From a virus, in the IMG/VR virus record IMGVR_UViG_3300008261_000042: a stretch of 64,000 nucleotides of DNA; one strand, 5' to 3'. Numbering within the stretch: the stretch's first letter is position 1; each line of letters starts with the position of its first letter. Of this stretch, positions 27,112 through 36,900 are shown one piece after another. The translations under genes were made by a program, and so were the position numbers. The notes below the pieces were generated by a model. The model made no database searches and was not told the DNA's origin. It saw nothing but the letters and a program-made list of their open reading frames with translations.

Positions 27112-27175
27112 CTCAGCTGGATAGAGCAACGGTTTTGTAAACCGTAGGTCGTCGGTTCAAGTCCGACATGTGGCT
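27102..27175 (+). tRNA. tRNA-Thr (TGT)
   Basis: Anticodon arm ACGGT-TTTGTAA-ACCGT, canonical D and T arms; 5' end overlaps the cpeT stop. Confidence 0.93.
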
Positions 27176-27177
27176 TC

Positions 27178-27246
27178 CGCTATTTCATGCGCTGGAAAGA
27201 TAAACCAGAATGCCGTTATAGCGTCGGGGTGGGCACTGTCCACCCC
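27178..27246 (+). ncRNA. Candidate structured ncRNA between tRNAs
   Basis: CGCTAT/ATAGCG stem enclosing CTGG-AAAGATAAA-CCAG, then a GGGGTGG-GCACTGT-CCACCCC hairpin. Confidence 0.4.
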
Positions 27247-27250
27247 ATCT

Positions 27251-27322
27251 CCTCTGGTAGTCTATTGGTAAGGACGGGTGGACAACACACATGGAAACTA
27301 GGTTCGATTCCTAGACAGAGGT
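27251..27322 (+). ncRNA. tRNA-like element with degenerate anticodon arm
   Basis: Acceptor CCTCTG/CAGAGG, D arm GTC-TATTGGTAAG-GAC, perfect T arm CTAGG-TTCGATT-CCTAG; no U33 and no 5-bp anticodon stem. Confidence 0.7.
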
Positions 27323-27327
27323 AACAA

Positions 27328-27409
27328 GTCGATGTGGCGGAATTGGTAGACGCACTGGGTTTAGGTTCCAGTGTCTTCGGACGTGGAGGTTCAAGTCCTC
27401 TCATCGACA
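27328..27409 (+). tRNA. tRNA-Leu (TAG)
   Basis: GTCGATG/CATCGAC acceptor, loop TTTAGGT, variable arm GTC-TTCG-GAC. Confidence 0.93.
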
Positions 27410-27422
27410 TTGAATTTGGTTT

Positions 27423-27489
27423 TTCCAAATTCAACTTTTAAATCCACGAAACGGGGAAAAAATTCTCCGCCAAAAAATAGCCAAAAAAG
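27423..27489. repeat. A-tract intergenic element, copy 2
   Basis: TTCCAAATTCAA...GGAAAAAATTCTCCGCCAAAAAATAGCCAAAAAAG. Confidence 0.75.
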
Positions 27490-27502
27490 TTGAGGTAAAA
27501 AA

Positions 27503-27643
27503 ATGACGTTACTTTCAAAGAAAGATCACGAAATGGTTATCGAAGCACTTGAGGCATTAATTGAGCAAAAAGATGAAGATAATCGTTTTGAATATATGAA
27601 TCTTTTGCAGTGGGTTAAAATTAAATCAAAAGATAGCTTTTGA
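27503..27643 (+). CDS. Small hypothetical protein (46 aa)
   Basis: GAGGT RBS; MTLLSKKDHEMVIEALE...LLQWVKIK. Confidence 0.7.
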   Translation: MTLLSKKDHEMVIEALEALIEQKDEDNRFEYMNLLQWVKIKSKDSF

Positions 27644-27649
27644 TTATAT

Positions 27650-27721
<72 letters not shown>

Positions 27722-27760
27722 TTGGCGATACTGCCAAGAACCAACCCTTCCGTGTGACTT

Positions 27761-27789
27761 TAAAACCTCCCTTATCCAGGGGGGTTTTA
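27761..27789 (+). terminator. Terminator closing the tRNA island
   Basis: AAAACCTCCC...GGGGGTTTT hairpin. Confidence 0.6.
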
Positions 27790-27792
27790 TTG

Positions 27793-27800
27793 TATAAATA
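27793..27800 (+). promoter_or_regulatory. T4-type late promoter
   Basis: Perfect TATAAATA 40 nt upstream of ATG 27841. Confidence 0.85.
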
Positions 27801-27840
27801 CATTCAAGAAGAAAACACGCAGCCCAGGGTTTCGGTAATT

Positions 27841-27915
27841 ATGGCTCTTACAAGACTTGATAACCTTTACTCAAGTAAGACAGGAAAATACAAGATTCTC
27901 GTATCTTCCAGGTAA
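27841..27915 (+). pseudogene. Out-of-frame N-terminal fragment of the giant structural gene
   Basis: MALTRLDNLYSSKTGKY is the recognisable start of this cyanophage protein family, but it hits a stop at 27913-27915. Confidence 0.7.
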
Positions 27916-30900
27916 AGATAACGATAGATTCGACCAGTTTAGCATCATGTTGATGCCTGGTGATCACTATATTGATAACCGTCCTGGTCTTGTTGACCTT
28001 GATGATTCTGATAGACAGCGTTATTTTGATGCCAGAAATCTCATCAATGCCAATAGAGATGAGATTGTTGATAGAGCGTTTGCTCAAATCATGCTTGATT
28101 ATCGTGAAGATCTCTGGGGAACTAATTGGGTTGTTCCTGGTGATGATGTAACTGATGAATTTTCACGTTATAAAGATGCATATCGTCTAATTCAAAAAAA
28201 TAGACAACAAATTATTGATACTGCTTATGCAGAAATTGCTATTCAGCATCCTACATTTGTAAACCCAAATCCAGTAAAGTGCCAAAGAGATATTGGATAC
28301 TTTATTGATGCAGTTTCTCTTGATATTTCTCTTGGTGGTGCTAATAAGTACACCAGAAAATTCCTACAAAATTACTTCTCTGGCAACACTTGGAAATCTA
28401 ACACTCTTGAAGGAGAAGAGGTAGAATCCAATACTGCATTTACTAAAGCATCTGCTTTGATGAAGCAAGCAGTTGCTAATCAACTAGTTTATAAGGATCT
28501 TACTATTACTCCAGATCCTTCATATGGATCGAATACAAATCCAGGAGTTTGTGGTAACGTTCAAACAGCTATTGATACCCTTAAAATTTTAGTAACTTCA
28601 TATGTTACTCAGGGTAATATCGATGATCTTGATACAGAAGCACCAGAAACAGTTCCAGAAGCTGGTGCTGGAATGTCTAAGTGTAAGCGTGATATTGGCT
28701 ATATTGTAGATGCTGTTGCTTCTGATATCGGTAATGGTGGTAATGCTAGTGTCATTGCTGCAACTAAAGCATATTTTAATGCAAATGGTACTCCAATTTC
28801 CAATGGATTAGTTGGTGAAGTAACTCAATCCGTTATTGCATTTAATTCTGCCAAGCTAATGATGCAGAAGGCAGTAACAAATCAGCTATATGTTAAAGAT
28901 TTAACATTATCTGAAGGTCCAGCTGATTATTCTGCTGGTGGTGCTGCAATTCCAAATCTACCATCAGGAAATCCAGCAACTTGTGTTGATGTACAAGCAT
29001 CTATTGCAACTCTAGTTAACATTATTACTTCTTCAATTGAAGATGGTAATTTAGATGGTCTTGCTGATCTAGAAATTAGTGGTGATATTCCTGTATTCTA
29101 TTTTGATCAGGCAAAGCAAGAATGGAATGATCAATCAGTATTGGATCTTTCCAACCCAGATAACGTACTATATAAGTTCAATGCTTCTACGGGTGGTGCT
29201 ATCGTACCTAGAGGCTGTTCACTCGTTGGTTATGACCTTCGTAGAACTATTGTACGTCCTCTTTATGTTCCAGATCCTGCTGACGGAACACAAGGAAGAA
29301 CATCAATCTTTAATCTAACTGGTGGTTGCTATATTTGGCAGTTTACTATCAAAGATGGTGATCTATCAGAAAATTCACCTCTATATGATGCAAATGATAG
29401 AGTTGGTAAAGTATATTTCCAGAAGGGTAACAATAGTCAGCTAGCGATTCCTGAGTATTCGCACCATAAGATTACAATTATGGAATATGCGGAGGACTTT
29501 GAACTTGAAAAGTATTACCAGAAAGTTGGTAAGGCGTTCTCTCTATTCCAGCCAACAATTGATAATGGCGATTTTGAAGCACTTCCTCAAGAAAATAGAA
29601 TTGTTGGACCTCTTTCTGATACCAGAAGCATTGTAAATCTACGTCTTGTTTCACAATCACAATCTGGTGGAAGAGATAAAACTCTTATTGAAGCTACCAC
29701 AAAAATTCCTCACGGATATTTTGTGGGCCAATCTATTGCAATTATTGATACTCAAATAAGCGATCTTTTAAATGGAACTTTTAAGGTTGCTGCAGTTGAT
29801 GATACAGATCCAAAGAAATTCCGTTACGAGGTAGAAGCAACTCCTACTATTCTTGGTCTTGAAATTAATGCTGAAGGATATGATGCTGGATCAACCCCAG
29901 CATTAAGTGTCAACTGTAGAGCACAAGCAGAAATTGACTCTGTAGAATCTGCATCACCATATGTCTTCAACTGCTCAATCAGATCCACCTGGGGTCTCTG
30001 TGGCATGTGGGCAGATGGTGCTAAGGCAACTGGTTTCCGTTCGATGGTTGTTGCACAGTATACTGGTGTTTCTCTGCAGAAAGATGACCGTGCTTTCATC
30101 CGTTACGACGAATTTAGCAACACATGGAACCAAGCATCACTAACTGATGCTTTTGCTACTGTTCCTTATCACACCAAGGGCGATGCTTATTGGAAGGATG
30201 ACTGGAGAAACTTCCACATTCGTGCTTCTAATGATGCATTCATTCAGTGCGTTTCGGTCTTCGCTGTTGGATTCTTTGATCACTTCTTGATGGAGTCTGG
30301 TGGTGACATGTCCATCACCAACTCTAACTCAAACTTCGGTAACACTTCTCTACACGCTATTGGTCATAAAGGATTTGCTTTTAACCAAGATAAAGGTGGT
30401 TATATTACTGATATTATTCCTGTCAAGGAAATTGATGATAGTGCTTTCAATCAAGAAGATCAAAAGTATTATTCTATTGCTATTCAACCAACCAAAGACC
30501 CTTCAAATAAGACAAAATTATACTACGGCACAGACGAAGCATATAATCCTTTCTTAAAGCCAGCTACATCTATTAATGGTTATAGATTGGGTGCTAAAAC
30601 TAATGAAAAGTTATTTGTAAAAATTAAATCAAGTGTAGGAACGACTATTCCATTTGAAAGCACTGTTTCTCCATCTGGATTTAAGCGTTATACAGTTGCT
30701 TTACAAACATTAAACCCAGATGGTATTGTTATCAACAATTTAGCACAAGATGCTGCTAATTTAATTGAAGATAATAAGGCATTTATTCAAAAAGAAGCAT
30801 ATGGATATATTACAGCAAAATATCCAGATCTTTTAACAAATACTAATATTACTATTTCAAAGTGTGAAAGAGATATTGGTTATTTTGTTGATGCTGTAGT

Positions 30901-33900
30901 TTCTGACCTAAGATTAGGTGGAAATATTAATACAATTCAAGCAGCGGAAGGTTATTATGTTGGTGGTCAGCTTGCATATATTCAAAATGAACTTAATGAA
31001 TCGTTAGAAGCATACGATTATGTTAAGAATTTGTGCATTTCTGCGATGAGAAACTTTGATTATCTCATCCGTAATTGCACTACTATTGCTGGCTCTGCTA
31101 TTGTTGATATTGGAGATACTACTGGTATTGTTATTGGTATGAAAGCTACTCAATATGAGTATAATACTACCAATTTTACTAATGGTAAATTAAACACAAA
31201 TGCAACTCCAATTACATCTGCAATTCCATCTGGTGCTTATGTAAAAAGAATTATTGATAGCTCAAGAATTGAATTAGGTGTTCAAGGAAGCTATTTGAAT
31301 ACAGGAACTACGGTAACAGCTAATATTTCTACTGGATCTGCATATATTTACTTTGAACTTCCTAAAACAGCAAGTTTAACTGATAACGAAAATCTTCTTT
31401 CTGGTGTTTGGTCATCAGTAAATGCTAAGCGTGATCCAACAGTAATTCAAGATGCTACAGCATGGGAAATTAGTGATCCTGATGGATATCCAGAGTGCAG
31501 TGGAGTTGCTACTACTATTATTGGCTATTTTACTAATATTTCTCTAATTTTAAGTCAGGGACTTACTCCAGTTGGTGGTAGATGGGTAGACGCATCAAAT
31601 CTTATTTTAGCCAACAAGAATTTAATTGCTAATGAAGCAGTTGCTAGAATGTTAGCAGCAAATCCAGGATTCTCTGTTCCTGGTGGTAATCAAAATTGTA
31701 TTGATGATGTATTACAAATTATCGATGCTTTAGCATTTAACGTAAAATATGGTAGCAATAATAGAATTTATGATGCTGCAAAAATTTATGTAGAACAACC
31801 AAATCTTCTATCTGGAGAAAGAGAACAATCAGTAGAAGTATATCTTGAAGTTAGAAATATGGCTATCCAAGCCATGAGAAATGAAACAATCAATATACAA
31901 GGATCTCATGGTTTAACCCAAACTATTGATAATAGTGTACTACTTGAGTATGATGGAAATGGTAATTTAGTAACACCAGCTTGTGCTGATGTAGCTAGTG
32001 CTATTACTACACTAATGGCAATTATTACGAATGCTATTGGTACAGAAGCAGATCCAGGTGATTTAATCGGTATTGTTAGAACTGCTCCTACATTTACTAA
32101 TATTACTAGAGTAGAGCCTGTTCTTGATACAGCAAACCTTGCCGCAAGATCAACCATCTTTACCGTAAATACTGGTCAAGGTTCTTCTAACCCTCATAAT
32201 TTTGAAACTGGAACTCCAGTTCGTCTCGTTCCTAAGGCAAGAGAGGGTACAAATCCTGACAAGAGAGTTATTAGACTTCCCAGAGGATTTGAAACAAATA
32301 CAATTTATTATGTAATTGCTCCTGGTAGAAAAACAACCCCAGAAGACTATTCAAATTCTGCTAAGTATCAAGATATTTTCACTGCAGATGCTTCAACTCG
32401 TTTGATGCTTGCATCTACTAAAGAAAATGCTGCTGCTGGTATTTACATCTATTCATCTGAAACTGATGCAATTGATCCAGATGTTCAGATTGAATTGCAA
32501 CAATATGTATTAGATGACAGTTATGATCTACATCAATATTTGTGTAATTTTGCAACTGGTCAAACTGATGTAATCCAAACCGATGTTCCACATATCTTTG
32601 ATGTTCCAGGATCTATAAACACAGTTCATAAAGTATTCTTTAGAACTTTCGGAGATCCCAATGAGTCGGAACTTCCTCAAATCTCTTCTGGAGGAACGAA
32701 TGCTGAGGTAGATCCTAATAGATATTACTACGTTAGATATGTAACTAATAAGACTTTTGCTGTATTTGAAACTGCTGCTCAAGCTATTGCTGGAACACCA
32801 AGAATTACATTTACTCCAGGATTTGGACAAAATTTCTATGTATTCTCCGACAAGAGAGAAAGCCCAGTAAGATTTGATGCAGCACTTCAAAATGACGACA
32901 CTTCAACTGGACAATGGTATGTTAATGTATTAGATGAAACATCAAGTACTAATAATATTATTGCTAGATTCCAAGAGCTTGGTGATACATTAAAAGATAG
33001 TAGAAGTAAAAATACTTTCTTCACACGTCTTGTCGATAATAGAGAAAAAGAAGATAGAATTTATCGTTTACGTTATGTAATTCCACAATATGCTGATGGT
33101 GTTCGTGATCCATTAAATGGATTTGTACTAAAAGCAAGAACTGATACAACAAGAAAACTTCTTCCTCAGCGTATTGTTTTAAGTCCAGTATCTTCTGGCT
33201 CCCCAGATCTTGCTTATTTTGAAATTCAACTTCCAACAGAAGCTGGTGGAACTATTGCACAACAGCTTGGATTACCAAAGAGTCAATTAGATCCAAACTT
33301 CTCTTATGATCCATATAATGTTAATAGTGTAAAAATTGTATCTAGTGACAAAACTTCTAGTAAAGTTTCATTTAGTATTCAGTCTGCTAGACAAGTAAAT
33401 GTAAATGGTGATAATTTATTAGAATTAACTGTATTTGATCATACGATTACTAATGATGCCTTAAAAAATGAAACTTTCGTAACAGTTAAAATCGAAGCAC
33501 CACAAGAAGGTACATTTAGAGCTACTGAAGGATTCAATACCATTATTTGGAATGGAAACTCTTCTGGATCTGCTACAATTCAGGCATACTTCAATGTTCC
33601 TGAAACAAATGAGCATTATTTAATTTTAAGAGCTGTAACTGGTTCTATCAATTACAATCCATTAATTGATACCGTATTCTATCAACCACTACTTGATGTA
33701 AATAATGATCCTGTGCTTGATAATCAAAATCAACCAGTGCAGATTTATGCCAAGCTAATCAAAAAGCCAAATAGTGTTGGTAGTCCAAATGAATCTAAGA
33801 GTAAGTCAGAAAAAGCTGATTACTTATACAGCAACAAAGATGCTAATGTCTTAACTGTAACCCCTGGTGATATTATTGAGGATGACGATGCTACTCAGTA

Positions 33901-36900
33901 TAGAGTTATTTCTGTTGAAGATTCTGGAGAAATTGAAGATTCATTCTATATCTTTGATATCAATGAAATTCAAAGAAGAATTCCAAATCAACAGGAAGGT
34001 GTTTACTATTTAACTTGTGTTAAGGGTAATGTTTCTCCATTCCCAGTTGGAGCTGGTGTTGGTACAAACTTCAGAAACTTTAAGTTCTCTCAACCAATTT
34101 CACAACTATATCCACTTGATTACAAAAATGATCCATTATGGTTCCAAATTAGACCAGATGGTTCTAGAGACACCACATTAACAGATGTTCCTGCTACTAT
34201 TTGTGCTGCTGATAATTATGTTCATGGTTTGGTAAGAACTAATGATTATAAGAATAGTGAAACTAAAGAAGTTGTTCTAGATTTAGTTAATAATCCAGCA
34301 CTTGATCGTTATGATTATACTGGATTAATTTCGGCACAATCTGGTAATGCAACCTCTGGGTCTGAAGATCGTAAGATTTCAATTGCTGGAAATTCAGTAT
34401 ATCCAACAGAAGGTAGATTATATGTAGAACTTCGTCGTCCATCTATTGCTCGTTCTGGTAACCACACGTTTGAATATCTTGGTTTCGGTCCTGGTAACTA
34501 CTCAACTGGTTTCCCACTACGTCAAGAAGTTGTTCTTTCTGATATTCAAGATTTCTATGCTCAATCTAAGCGTGAAGATGGTGGTATTGTATTCTACACT
34601 GGTCTAAACTCTAATGGAGATCTTTACATTGGTAACAGAAAGATCAATGCCATTACTGGCGAAGAAACTTTCCTAGAAAGAGCTGAACTTATTTCTTCTG
34701 ATGATGACGGTGGAGATCTTGGTAATCTTGTTACTACATTTGAACTTCCAGTTGTATTTGAAAGAGACATTACCGTTGATGGCGATGCTACATTCAACAA
34801 TCCAGTAACAATTAATGTAGAGCCAAATGAACCAAATGCATTAACTGTTATCTCTAATATTGACGCAAACTCAGGCGAAGATACTTCACTTGATAGTGCT
34901 ACATTTGCTTTAAGCACCATCGAATCTGAAGGTAACATTACACTTCATAAGAATAAAATCTATGCTGGTGTATATGCATTTAACCCAAGAGGAAGTGTAA
35001 CTATTCCTGGTCAAAATTATAGCATTAGAACTCATGCAGACCAAACAAATGGCAATTTACCTTCAAATATTACTCCAAATCAAACAAATGGAAGTTTAGG
35101 TAAGCAAGTACAATATGGTCAGAAATCACCAAAAGCTGGTGATATCTTACTAAAAGGTGTTGAAGTTGGTAAGTCTGGATCATTAGGATGGATATTTGCT
35201 AATTTCTATACAAATAAAACATCTAATGTATTTACTGTAAGAGCTGATGGTAACTTATCAGTAACCTTTACAATGCAAATTGGTATTTCGCCTACCGATA
35301 TTGGTATTGCTCAAGGAACTGAAGTTAAATTTACTGGATTTAGTGGTAGATTCCAACCAGTAAATGGAGTTAGAACTGTTTCTGCAGTAACTGCAACTAC
35401 ATTTACTATCAATACACAAGTTATTGTAGCACAAAGTCCAGATGATCCAACACGTTTAGATCAAGAACAAACTAATGCATTGATTGAGGTTTCTTCTGTA
35501 CAGTGGAAAGAAGTTGGTGTTCTTGGAGCAGAAGCATTAAGAACAAATACGGATAATTATGGCGACTTTAGACTAGGTATTAATACTTTTGCAAGAGCTG
35601 ATCACATTGATCGCTTGAATGGATTTGTTTCCGCAGCTACTCAGCCAAGAGCAAATCTTGATATTGTTGGTACTGCATTTGTAAGTGGTAAGACACTCAC
35701 AACTTCGCCAGTTAATAGCTTTGTTTCAAATCCAACTGCAGCAAATAGAGTATTTAATAACGTAGGAAATGCATTCTTAGTTGGTGGTGATAGTGTAAAT
35801 CCAGATTCAAATGCAACTTTACGTGTTGCTACTACTAATAATGGTAGAGTTGGTATTAACACAAATCTAGGAAATCTAGATAGAACATTTGTTGTTTATG
35901 GTGATGCTAGAATTACAGATGAAGTAAGATTACAAAAGAATCTTGAGGTAAATGGTGGTAATATAACTACTACACAATCATCATTCAATTTAGCAGTTAC
36001 TAATGCAACTTCTGCCGCTGCATTTAGTGTTGCTAGAAATATTTCATTGGGTACACTTGTAAGTGCAGATCAGGTTATTACTCTAGGTATTAATCCAAGT
36101 TCACAGCAAGTTAATATTGGTACATTTACTCCAGATGGAGAATTTAATGTACACAGCAATGGATCAAAATCCATTATGAATTTGGGCACATCAAATAATA
36201 CAAGTACAGCAAGTATTAGTGTTATTACTATTGGTGGTGCATTTGCAAAGAATTCAAACTCTAAAGAAGATGGTTCTGTATTCAATGTAAAAAATAGATA
36301 TACAGAATTAGATGGTGATTTATCAATTGGTACTGGATTAGTAACAGGTACTGGAATTGCTAGATTGCAGTCTAATGCGTTGCAAGTTGAGATGTTTACG
36401 GTAAACACCTCAAGATTAAACTTTGCAACTGGTGTTGGTAGATTAAGCATTGGTTCCAAAGGTGGAACAACAACGATTAATAACTCATTAGTTGTTGAAG
36501 CAAATACTACCATGAAGGGTGATGTAACTCATCTAGGTGGTTTAAATGCTGGTCAATACCAAATTAGAAGAGGTTCTTTTGCAACTCCAACTTCAGCTCA
36601 TGTAAGAGGAAGTATTGATAATACTAACATTGACTTCTTCTCAAGAGTAACAATTGATAGAACAATTGATACCCAAGGTGCTGCTGTTTGGTCTGGTGCA
36701 GAATTTTTGGTTGATTCCAATGATCCAACAGAATACTATCTACCAATCGGTCAGGTTAGCACAAATATTCAATTTGAAGTTGGTGCTTATCTATTAATTG
36801 ATAGATCAGTTCAGGTTGATCAGCAAAACACTATAATTTCTCCAGTTGGAGAACAATACAGTGAGTTATTATTAGTTACAGAGTTAACTAACTTGAATAA

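Noticed and set aside
27251-27322. tmRNA acceptor piece
   Set aside because: Lacks the G3:U70 alanine identity pair, has a paired D stem, and no tag reading frame was found nearby.
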